From NCBI GenBank assembly GCA_002104905.1, contig MCFE01000003.1, forward strand, positions 186,001 to 250,000: a stretch of 64,000 nt of DNA. Reading direction: 5' to 3'. How positions within the stretch are numbered: position 1 is the first letter of the stretch; the number at the start of each line of letters is the position of its first letter. The position numbers and the translations under genes were made by a program. Shown piece by piece: positions 35,201-47,084 of this stretch. Under the pieces are notes generated by a model that saw only the letters and a program-made list of their open reading frames with translations, searched no databases and was not told where the DNA came from. This stretch comes from Basidiobolus meristosporus CBS 931.73. Its lineage: Eukaryota; Fungi; Basidiobolomycota.

Positions 35201-35681
35201 TCCACCGAAATCTACGCCACAATCTTCGGTGTCCCCCCAAAATCGCGCTCAATCCGTCCAGTCTGCAGATCCCAACCTGGGGACACAGCAGAATCCAAAT
35301 CCCACTCAACAAGGATCAGTGAGAAAGCCTCAAGAAAAGGGACCCAGTTCCGACGCAGGGAAAATGGATGGAAACGACATGGGGGTTGAGCAGGTAACTT
35401 ATGAATGATCTGCATGCCAGGTGCTCATGGAATTGACCTTGTTCGCTTCTTAGGGATTCTTGGGAGACGATAGCTTCCTCGGAACAGATTTCGACTCCAG
35501 CATGATGGGGGATATCGATTTCGAGATGTTCCTCAACAATCCTGATGACTTGGGTGGGCCAGGTGGCAACAGCCAGCCTCCATCTGGCCAGGGTGGCAGC
35601 CACTCCAGCAACGATGGCCCTGGAAACATGTCAGATTTATTTGATACCTCTTTTTTCAATGAAGGTACTACGGCGGAATAA
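32271..35681 (+). CDS. LisH/LUFS (SSDP)-domain transcriptional regulator, Flo8/Som1/Adn2-like, multi-exon
   Basis: [14 protein letters not shown] LisH exon; [25 protein letters not shown] motif; Q/N/M/P-rich body; acidic C-terminal DIDFEMFL. Confidence 0.8.
34816..34902 (+). repeat. CAG/CAA polyglutamine tract (19Q-L-4Q-I-4Q)
   Basis: Read directly from sequence. Confidence 0.95.
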
Positions 35682-36183
35682 GGTTTAGTATGTTTACGAA
35701 GCCATGCCGAGGAGATACTGCCTACCATCTCCCTCATCGAATGCCTCCGCTTATTCATCCACCACCATCATCTCATTTTTTGTTCTTTTCCTTTATATAT
35801 ATTCGTGCTTGTATACATACAGATCCTCGTTCACACGCAACACCCACGCACAGCCACTCCACATACGCCTATGTCCATGTGACCAAGGATTATTCCAACT
35901 TATATTAATATATTAGGGTTCCGCATAAAGCCTCTCTCAACACAGGTGTAAAGTATTTATATGTGATGCTGGGGTGGACTACACATTCATTCAACATATT
36001 GCCTTTATTGCTCTTGACTTCCAAAAATAAATGGTCACGAAAAAAGAGGATGGTCGACTGGAATCACGGGAAATTTTTCAAACACATATACAAAGTGAGA
36101 GTCATCGGTTGGTTTCGTTGAAATGTAGGCTTGTGTCTGGTGAGAGTGATTAGTATGAAAAGAATTCGAAAGAAAATACACGA

Positions 36184-39100
36184 TTAGTTGGGGTTCATAA
36201 CATCTACATAGCGATTCCTAACACCACGCCGAGTAGTACCACTAGTACTAGAGTGACTTCTTGTCATTCCAATGCCTGCTCCTGGTGGACCTAACAAGCT
36301 AGGACCAGGACTTGAGCGTACACTTGGTGGACCACCCGCTAGTGTCCCCACCGTAGGAGATGCGGATTGAGCTCTATTAAGACCAGTGGGTGGTGGAGGC
36401 AAGGCTGCAGGTTTGCTTTCCTCTGCTGTCGCTGCCTTGTTGACCCATTTTTTTTGTACCTCATCGAAGTAGAAATTGCTTCCGGAAGGCAGGTGCGCTT
36501 TGGCAGGGGCGGGTTTGCTGTCTTTCTTGCGGCCCAAGAAGGAGAACAAACTCCAACTGCCTCCGTTAGCCTCTTGCTCTTTGTCCTCGGGCTTCTCTTG
36601 TTTGGCCTCTGCTGTTTGACCTTCGCCTTGGTTATCCTGGGCATTCTCTTCAGCCTTGGGGGCTTCTGTCGGCTTCTTGCGACTAAGAGATTTGTTGCCG
36701 AATCCAAGATCATCTTCGTCATCGTCATTATAAGCTGGGGTGGATGGTGTCTGCTGAACTGGATATGATTGACCAACTGCAGAACCGAAGGTAGGAACGA
36801 GTGAAGCGGAATTGGACATTAGCGAAACAAATTGGCCTTCCTGGTTGCTGTTGCTTTGGGCACTATCATAATCATTTACATTGGTGGTTGTGGCACCTTG
36901 GTAGCCGTAAGAACTGTCATATTCATTAGCTGGTGGTTGAGACCACCCGTACTGATTAGTGCTAGGAGTACTCTCTTCAGTATATGTGGCCTCATTTTGT
37001 TGTTGATTTTGAGTGTTGTACTCGCTATTCTGATCATAGCCGTAGCCGTAGCCATACCCATATCCATAGGCCGGATTCTCCCATGAACTTTCGCTTTGGA
37101 GCGGAGGTTGATTTTGCAACGAAGGAACATGGTTACCCTTTGGCGGTTCGTAAGTGGATTCACTATCTTCATTGATTTTAGGATTCCACTTCTCCTCTAA
37201 CGTTGGTTGGAGCGAACGAAGTAGTATATGAGCGGGACATGGCCACCGGAACGCCCTCGTATTGGTTGATGCCTGACGAAGGACTACTTGGTGAGGCAGA
37301 CCGTCTGCCATGGGGGTTGATTACATCGCCGTTGTGACTGAACGGTGAGTGCTTGCGTAGATGCTCATATCTTGACGTGATGTCGTTCACCGAAGCACTG
37401 CGAACTGGAACCTCCATGTTGGGTGCTTGCAAAACTGAGACACGTGGATTGTAGGTAGAGAATGGATCGGCAGTGATCTCGTGGGTAACCTCGCTCTTGG
37501 GCTTGGGATTCTCACTCTCGCCAACAATGAATCGATTCAAGCCTCTATCTACGGCATCCATGAGGCTACCAAGAGTAGGCTTTTTCATGGTGGTAAGCCA
37601 GGAGAGCGTTGTCACGTTGGAAGAGCTTGCCTTGTCGCCGAGAGATTTGGTGAGTCTTTCGTGGAGCTCCTTGAGCTTTTCCAAGAATAACTCATGGAAA
37701 TACGGGGAGCCCTTCGGATGGACCTTGACAATATTCGCAATGGACTCGCAATACCTGAGTGCTTCGTTTGTATAACCACAGTCTGCGAGATACCAGGCAC
37801 GATGAAGCTTGTAAGGTTGAAGGAATGGCAATCCATTGACGGGAGTCGAGCTCCGAAGAGAAATAGCATGCTCATAAATCTCAGTACGGTCAAGGGCGTT
37901 CAGATCCCGAGCAAAGCAAGCAAGATACTTCCCATGATCTACACCAAATAGAACAGTTTTGACTGAAGGGGTATCCAGCCCTGAATGTATAGATGATTGT
38001 GGTGAGAGCAAATAGCATATGTGTGCAGCATAAATCCACCCTTGGCTTCGTAGCAAGTCTCCAAAACTAGTGAGAGCCTGAGTGTCTCCAGGAGTTCTGT
38101 TAGCCAGGATCATCGCAACGGTTTCGCGCCACTTCGAGAGTTTATCAACAGAAACGGCGTTTTGAAGTGGCTGGCTGGATAATGGCGAGACTAGAGGCTT
38201 AGGAAGAGACTCAGGCGTGAAGAAGTGTGACTGTGGGTCAGTAGCAGACAGTGGAGCAAAGTCCTTGATGGCGTCTTTTCCAAGGCCTGCAAACAGGTTA
38301 TACATGACCGTCATGGATTCTCGATTGGAATCTTTATCGGAGGAGATCTCCTCCTGAGTGAATTTTTGAACCACTTGCTGCCAGGTTTCTTTACCTACGC
38401 AACTACCGATAATCAAGGCATGCGCCCAAAGACCATTATCCATGGCAAACTTGGTGGCAACTGAGCGATCTCCCTTCAACAAGAGCTCTTGGAGAGAATC
38501 TAGCGCTCCAGGGGAAGCCTGCTTATGCTGAGGTGGATTCCTGCTCACATCGGAATTGCGCTTGTGCATGGACTGAGGGAACACCACTTCGAGAGTCTCT
38601 TTTTCAACATCAGCGCTATATGAACCAACATGCTTGTAAATTACGTTTCTGGGGTAAATGGTCGCAGTATTGATTCACATACCTTCCTAATAACACACCA
38701 TCATGATCACACAGTACTTTGAGTAATTTCCACAGGATGATTTCGTTTTGCGAATCTTCTTCGGTTTGGATCGATGGGCTTTCGCTTAACTCTCTAATCT
38801 TAGTATCCAAAAACTCCCCAACTGCCTTTTTGCGGGCTTTGATTGAGCTCTTCTCGCTATCGAAAAGCAGAGGACCTGGGAAACTGTTGGCTTTTTTCTC
38901 TCCAACAATGTTGCCCAAACTATGAAACTTCAATTCTCCAGGATACACTTTGGTTACTGGAGTGGATGAAGATGCGGAAAACCTTGTTACCACTTGAGGG
39001 AACATAAATAGGACTTTTCCACCGAAGCCGAATGTGACAATTGGAGATCCTTTGGTTCTACCAAGTGGGTCGTAGATTCCAGAGTCCACGGCACTCTTTT

Positions 39101-42100
39101 CGCCGTAATAAGAGTCACCTTGCCCCATATTAGGATCATACTGGTTCCCAAAATTCTGATCAGAACTGTAGTTTGCAATAGCTTGAGCATCACCAACACT
39201 ACGATTGTTGGTGCTCTGGTCGATTCCATACGGCTGGTGGGATTGTTGGTCGTAATACATCTGACTAGCTTCTTGCTCATGCCCAGGTTGATAATACTGG
39301 GACGCACCGCCATACTCATCCTGTACAGAGTATTGCTCGGAAGTATGCTGAGCATCGTTGCTGGGTTGGCCGCTATTCGGGTCATATTGAGCATATTCCT
39401 GCTGGTAGTAATCTTGGTTTGGCTGATATTGCCCGTCTTCTTGGTAATACCCTTGCTCATTGTAATAAGACTCTTGATCTGGGACAACCGCACCCTGGTT
39501 ATCGGGAGTGTACTGCTCCAGAGTCTCTGGGTTAACCCCAGCGTGGCCCTCAACTGCTTCTCCTTGCCCTTGTCCGTAATAGTTTGATTCATACTGCTGG
39601 CCATCGTAATATCCATAGTTCTCGTACCCATTACCGTAAACGGCCCCTTCAGTCTGCCAGGTATTGTTATCGGTTGGAACAACACCTTCATCAGGAATTT
39701 CATCTACGTTTTGTTGCTCGTGGCTATTTTGCTCAGTGCTCTCCACGTTACTGGTAACGGTGTGTTCATAACCATGCTGCTGATAGTCTTGTGGATAGTA
39801 TTCTTCATTGTACCCGTGTTGTTCTCCGCTGTAATAGCCTTCTCCACCTTCCCAAGCTTGTTGAGTGTTTGCGACATCAGAGCTCAAAGGCTCCTCCATA
39901 GCGTGAGGCTGTGTCTGATTTTCGCCCTCGACCGGTGCGTCACTTGGGGTGTATTCCTGTGCATAATAACCTTCCGTGTTATTGTATTCGCCATAACCAG
40001 GCACCTCTTCCCATGCCCCTTGATACGTATTAGATCCCAATGCCTCCTGATTGTCGGCGAATTCAGCATTATTCTCGTAAGAAATATTCTCATATTGCTC
40101 TTGTTGAAGATGGCTCTCCTCGCTTGGATAAACATTGGTAAAGCCCTCATAAGCTTGCTGCTCAGACTGATCATGAGTGGGGGAGATATGTTCATAAAAT
40201 GAATCAGTAGCATAATTCTCAAGTCCATTATCTGCATTCACATTGGGCTGTTCCATACACTTGTCTTCGCTTGGTTTCTCTTCGACTTGAAGAGGTTTCG
40301 GCACCTCCTCAAAGGGAGATTCTACTACCGACACTACACCGCTATGGTCCTGCTCTGGCGACTCTTGAGGAATCTCAAGTTTGGGCTCAACCATTTCTCC
40401 TTCCTCGTAAAATTCGGAGTTGTAATGGTCGTGTGGACTAGACTCAGCTAACGCCTCACCACCTGCAGAAACGTTTGTATCATCCAAGTGGTGCTGGCTT
40501 GCAAGCTCTGTGGATTGCGCGTCAATGGGTGATTGTACAGAATGAGCGCTAGATTCTATCGATGGCCCTTGAGCACCTTCACTGGCAAATTCAGAAAATT
40601 CAGGACCCTTTTGAATGCTGTCTTGGTCTTCTGGGTGGTCGACAGATGTATCATTGGGGTTTAGGCTTTCGGGGCTTTGCTGGTCAACAACAGAAACAAA
40701 TCCTTCGGGAGATTCCTTGCCCTCGCTATCGAGGATATCCTCGTGGTTCGTATCCAAATCATGAAGCTCAAGCAAGGCATCGTCCTTCACGAAGTTCTGC
40801 TCTTTAACCTCACTAATCTCCTCTTTGCCAATTAGCTCCTCGTCATTGGCGAGTTCGTCATTCGGGACCTGAACACTTTGGATTGATGGGGAGGTGGATT
40901 GCTCAAGAGAGGGCTCGGATGATTGAGTTTCCAACTTCGACCCATCCTCATGGCCATCTGCCTCTTTTAAGGTTTCCTCCTCAAGAGGCACATCTGCCGC
41001 GGTGATTTCCAACGGTGGGGATGCTACATCCGGGCTGTTGCCTGTCCCCGCTACAACATCGTAGTCAGATGAATCTTTTTCTGATTCATTGTTCTTTTCC
41101 ATTGATGCTGTATCTTGAAGACTAGACGTTGAACCCAGCACCAAATCATCCAGGTCATCTAGGTTGTCAGATTGGGAATTATTCTGCTCGAAGGAGATGG
41201 ATTGATCTTCCGGCGATTTCGGTGATGATTGCTTATCGCTGGCGTAAGATCCGCCGACGAAACTGTTAAACATATCCGCCGCAGTGTCAAAGAGAGAGGG
41301 ATCGTTGATATCAATATCCTCCGTTTGTCCAAGAGGATCATTGGCACTCTTCTGCTCCAATGGCTTCGCAGTCGGCGGTTCTTTGACATCTGGTTGGGCC
41401 ACTTGTTCGGTGACATGGTTTTCAGCAGTCTCGAATATGTCCGAGTTATCTTTGACGATGCTAATCTCGTCTTCGGGAACAATGTGCTCTTGGGTGTTCG
41501 CGTCGCTTGAAGGGTTGAATTCACTCCGAGATTCGGTCACTTGTTGATGGGAAGTTTGGTCTACCTGGGTATTCGGGTCCTGATGGTAATTGATTTCCAA
41601 CTCTTCACTTGGGTTTACAAGCGCTACAGCCGGGCTGTCAGGTACTGTTTGATCTTGGAGAGTCAAGGTGTTTGATGTTTTCTCCATCACAGAATAATTT
41701 GTTCCCTCTGGTATGGAATAATCATGCTCATAAGGAATCCGATCGTTGTTTTCTGCAGAGAAAGATTCGAAAAATGCACTCGGATCACTGCTTTGAGTTT
41801 CCGCAAGATCTTTGCCTTGATGGCTGGACATTTTCTGATCTGGCGCGTGCTGTGGATGGGGAGGCTGCGTTGGATAATGAGAAATGGCAGCACTAGTCTC
41901 ATCCGTTGGCACCTGTTCGGTTGGTTGATTGTACATCTCCCCTCCGCCTTCGGTATACTGACCATTGTAATCATATTGTTGATAATAGTCAGTATAGGCT
42001 GGATCTTGTGCTGACGAATTGTAGTCATAGCCTTGATAGTCATAACCGTACCCTCCAGCGTAATCTTGATTCTGGTACTCAGCATTAGGATTGTTGTAGC

Positions 42101-42878
42101 TTGGGTCGACATACCCTTGACCTTGGTTGTAGTAAGCAGCCGCTGAAGGATCCTGTTGGTCGTATCCTTCATAGTAGTTGTTGTACCCGTCATAGTTGTT
42201 TGCATTGGATTGCTGGTACTCTTGATAATCCCCTTGGTATTGGGAGTGGGGATCAGCTTGCTGTGCATAGGCGCCTTCTGCTCCTCCGTAGCCAGGGTGT
42301 TGTTGCTGGTAAGCATTCTGTGAATACCAATCAGCTTCATTCGAAGTCTGTTGGTATTGCTGGCTATTTGGGTCTACGTATGATTGTGCTTGATAAGCAT
42401 CATATGACGGGGTCTGTACTTGCGCTTGATGCCCATACATCTGCTGTTCTTTGCCAAGATTATCGAAGAAAGAAGACTCTGGTGCCGCGTTGGAAGAACC
42501 CATATAGGCTTGGTTTTGCTGAGCAGAATTCACAGAAACATTTTGGGTGGCTGAATAATTATCAAAGAACGAACTCGCGTTATCAGCACCTTGATGTACG
42601 GAAGGTTCGGTGGTTTTGGGGCGCTGGGGAGTAGGATACTGCGGTGAAAAAGGTACAGAGGGCTGCGTAGCTGGGGCAGTGGAATTACTGCGAGGTGGAA
42701 TAGACCCCTTATTACTATGCGAGGTATTATTCCAATCGTAAGCTTGAGCGGGTTGAGTGGATTGGCTGCTCACCAAGGAGCCAAACAAATCAGTCTCTCC
42801 ACCGGAATTCCCAAAAAAAGGGATGGGGCCCTCATCCACCTCGCCTTTGGAATTTGGCCGTTTATCGGCTGATGCCAT
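36184..42878 (-). CDS. SEC16: COPII coat assembly protein Sec16, multi-exon
   Basis: PIVTFGFGGK, HALIIGS, WRETVAMILANRT, AAHICYL central domain; C-terminal AHLP..SNFYFDE..KKWVNK and RYVDVM. Confidence 0.92.
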
Positions 42879-43477
42879 ACGTATGATTATATTTGTCTAG
42901 AGAAAATTATAGAGCCAAGATGTTAACGAAACGGAATCGTAGTAACACGCTAGTAAAGACTCGCGAATGTATATGTATAATATAACAAAAAGACAATCAA
43001 TGAAATATGATAACGAGCCAAGCAAGTACAGGTAAAAAGTAAGGGGTTTACCGATCAACTCGTAATAATAAATTTACTGAGGCTGTTCTGACCAATGAAC
43101 AGCCACCAACCAATTCAGACCATTCACCACTGCGACTGCATTCACATTCATTCCCGATTATTTGCTCTGGCCATGTGTTTACTTACCTACGCACACCTTT
43201 TACCCAGACTTTGTCTAACCTCATATTGACTGTAGGCAAATATCGACAAATCTTAGAAATGCTAGACTAATACTGGAAGTTATGCATTAATTCACGAGTC
43301 ACGTTTGATTGTTATTAATTTTGATTTGGTGCTCATTTAAGCAAATTTTACTTTTGTGTGTACCTACACTGCGATGAATCATGGTGTAAAGATTAATTTA
43401 TCTTGGGAAGGAATCAGTCAGAGTGGCACAGTCGGAGGTTGGAGCTTACCAAGTGTTGTTTAGAGCTAGGCACATCT

Positions 43478-45906
43478 ATGTTCGCTGTAAGACGTTTTAC
43501 CCAGCTAGAGGGATGGTATCTACGTGCTGAGGTTCGCCCGCTGAAAACGAGCTCGAACGTACTCGTTAGGGCTTTCTCTGTTCAGCATTCTTTTGTTACT
43601 GAAGATTCAACGGAAACACCAGCCAAGCCTCGCCGTAGTGTGTTCGACATCGACAAAGCTGAGCTCACAGCATTTGTGAACGGTTGGGATTATGAGGGAG
43701 AGAATCTTGAGGGGGATTTTGAAACCGACGATATCGTTCGAGAGGATTCCGACTTTGTCGGCTACAAAAAGAGAAAGACCTCAAACCGTTATGTGGAGTA
43801 CGAAGAGCAGGAGCAATCAGACTACCGGAAATTGGAGTATCGTTCGCGGACGCAAAGCACGGAACACACAGGGTATGAAGTAATAGGAAGGAATAAACAT
43901 CTCGCACCTCTGAATGAGCTATCCAACTTCGAGGATGAGAAAATAGAGTTTGAGCCGATGTCAGTCAACAAAGAGAGCGATGCCTTGGACACTCTGACTG
44001 ATACTGACATTGTGTGCGATGAGAAATTAGTCTTTGAGGATGATAACGTAGAATTTGAAGAGAGAAGTGCATCATACAAGCATCAGAAGCTAAGCCATGA
44101 TGTGTCAGAGATCGACGAAAAGCTTGAATTCGAAGATGTTTCCCAGCCTCGGCAGGTAAACAAGTACAACTTCCAATTTGAGTCTAACACCAATGATTTG
44201 GGAGACTATATTCCGGGGTTGACGTACGCGCGTTGGGCACAGAATTCTAGCACTGACAAGAAAGTGATACTGGAGGACATTGACCTGGATTATGTTGAGC
44301 GGCGAACTTTTAGTCGACTGCTGCAAAAGCTTAATAACAACCCACAGCGATTGTCAAGCGATCTATTTATAGATGAAAATGTGACTGTTGAGCGCTTTCA
44401 GAAAGACGAGAAGCAATTGGAAAGGATCGCAAGAGAGCAATACTCCAACACAAACAAAGTGGACCTGCCACATTTGCGTTTGGACGTAGACGAGAAACTG
44501 CTGTATGTAGACGAATTTGGCCACGCCGCACAGAAACCCAGAAAATGGTCAAAAAAGTATGAATTTGAGAAAACTGATTTCTACTCGGAGCAGACAAACA
44601 AACGCGTTGTACCTGATGTACCACTTCCTGAGTTGCAACCCAGTGGGGTAGATCAACCAGTACAAACACCGGAACCAAGTAGCGAACAGGAGAGGCTTAG
44701 ATATGCAGATGACAAGGTAGAGACAAAAATCTGACGAGCTTCACGCGTTCCTAATAGCTAACAAGTAATCTGCTTTGGTAGACTACAGACTATTGTGATT
44801 TCAAAAAGATCCAGATCACTGGAGGCGATGGCGGAGATGGATGTGTCAGTTTCCTTAAAGCTAGGCACCGCAACAAAGGAATGCCAGATGGAGGAAACGG
44901 CGGCCAAGGCGGATCAGTATATTTTGAAGCCACAAACGATATAGTCTCGCTCCACTCAGTCAGCTTAAAAATACACGGACAGCGAGGTTCAAGTGGAAAG
45001 GCTAAACATCATGATGGGAAATCGGGGGCTGATGTACTTATACGGGTTCCTGTTGGCACTGTAATTCGTGAAGTTGAACTTTCGGAAAGAGACGCAGAGT
45101 CTTTACCGCCTAATGATGATTGCTTCATACATTATCCGGGATGGAGGAACAAGAATTTACACAACATCTTCACCGACACCATCAAACCAATCTCCATACC
45201 TCGTCAGAAATTACCCGAATTGGATTTGAAGACAGATGGGCAGAAACACCTGTTATGCTATGGCGGGTTGGGCGGCTTTGGTAACCCCTACTATGTGACC
45301 GGCCAAAACAAGTACCCAAAGTTCGCCATGAAAGGACAGAAAGGCCAAACACGTATTTTGGAATTGGAGTTGAAGACAATTGCCGATGCAGGGCTCATTG
45401 GGCTGCCCAATGCGGGGAAATCGGCATTCTTGAGGTCCGTTTCGAATGCCTATCCTAAAGTTGACTCTTATCCCTTCACTACCATACACCCATGCGTTGG
45501 CACGATTCAATACCCTGACCTATTCAATTTGACTATCGCTGATATTCCTGGGCTAGTTGAAGGGGCGCATAGGAATGTAGGACTCGGCCACTCGTTTCTG
45601 CGACACATAGAGCGTAGCAAAGTCCTAGTTTACGTTATCGACCTTGCAAGAAAAGCCCCATGGGATGACCTAAGCTTGTTGCGCAGCGAGTTGGAGCTTT
45701 ACAAGCCTGGGCTAGCACAGCGACCATCACTAGTCATAGGTAACAAAGCTGACATATCCAATGTAGCTAAGAGCAATTTTGAACACCTCCGATCCGTAGC
45801 TGAACTGCAAGTTGTTCCCGTGTCAGCCAAATTGCAAAAGAACATCAAAAAAGCTACGTCGTTACTCCGAGAGATGGTCGAGAGTGTAGCAGGTCAAGCC
45901 TGTTGA
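43478..45906 (+). CDS. MTG2: Mitochondrial Obg-family GTPase Mtg2/GTPBP5 with ~410-aa N-terminal extension; one intron (44717-44781)
   Basis: Presequence-like start MFAVRRFTQ; phase-0 GT-AG intron joins to DFKKIQITGGDGGDGCVSF..PDGGNGGQGG; G motifs GLPNAGKS, PFTT, DIPGL, NKAD. Confidence 0.85.
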
Positions 45907-46209
45907 ACAGCTACTGAGTAGTCTACATCTTAGTTCCTTAACAATACGACCACTTCCATCATTTTAGAAACTACGCCACTTGACTTTGCACTTGCACTTC
46001 TTTCATTTTTATGAAATTGTATCATCATTAAACCATAGATCGAGAAATCTACAGCTGTATTGCTAGTACGGAAGTTACTTTGTATCGAGAGACTAATCGT
46101 TGAGTGTGAGCTAGTCGCGCATGTATTTTAGACTCGAAGTTCACAAAAACCAGTAGCAGTCAACTTTATTTTTAAAGAGATTCAGAGATTCATTGGGCTT
46201 GCACCATCG

Positions 46210-46884
46210 TTAACCCCATGCAGCCGTAGTACAGTAGTTAATAATTAATTGGCCTTCTACACTGAATGACTAGAGGATTGTGACAGATATGATACTTTAG
46301 AATCCAACTTATGCTGCATCGTAAAACTAATAGGGCAGCGTAACTAACCTTGTAAAGATTTGATACCAATTCGTCAGGTGCAGGCGAGAATGCACTGTTT
46401 ATATACAAGAACTATAAATATAGGAAACGGAATTAGTTGACGGTTTGACGATGCTCAGACTGAGATAGAAAGCTTGAGGTTTTCCTTTACCAAAGGTTCT
46501 GAGCCCTTGTATTTGAGTTCTTTCCGAAGAAACATGATTACTGTCTGAAATTTATGGGAAGCAGTAATTTTGTATAAAGATTGTCGCAAAATCGGCGCGT
46601 TTCCTATGGCTCGAAACCGAACTACCACTATATAGTAGGAGTAAATACTTTAGTTGACTGGAAAACAAGCTTTCGAATGCAAGGCTTGAAAATAAATATA
46701 AGCCTTGACTACCTTTAGATGTGTCTTTCTTCTTATATTGAGCTAAAGGATCGGAATTTGTGAAGGGAAACCCTTGAGAAGGTGGGTTTGTATTAATAGG
46801 AGATGCCGTTTCGGTGTCATTTACGGATGGTGATAGTGGCATTGCTGGAGCCTCAGCATCGGAAGGTGTGTTAGGCATACTCAT
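46210..46884 (-). CDS. ATG12: Ubiquitin-like autophagy protein Atg12, 4 exons (not captured intact by the ORF track)
   Basis: Spliced product KVVVRFRAIGNAPILRQSLYKITASHKFQTVIMFLRKEL...FLYINSAFSPAPDELVSNLYK|SFSVEGQLIINYCTTAAWG*. Confidence 0.95.
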
Positions 46885-46999
46885 AATTCAACAAGCCTTG
46901 CTGCAGTTGGGTATACACTAATGAAAGGTCTAAATGCAATGAATCAAAATGAACTCAGTCGTGACTATGAATTCGAAGTCGGCAATAAACCAAGAATCA

Positions 47000-47013
47000 A
47001 TATCACGTGATAT
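47000..47013. promoter_or_regulatory. Perfect 14-bp palindrome ATATCACGTGATAT (extended E-box) in the ATG12/FANCA shared promoter
   Basis: Read directly; TCACGTGA core is a canonical bHLH(-ZIP) site. Confidence 0.55.
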
Positions 47014-47084
47014 GTGCGGCTTCATATATGCTATATTTCAATAAGAAAGCCTGTGTCCAAGCGGCTTATGGCTGAGAAGGAAGT

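Noticed and set aside
38616-42878. Very long Tyr/Gln/acidic low-complexity first exon of SEC16
   Set aside because: A long disordered N-terminus is normal for Sec16
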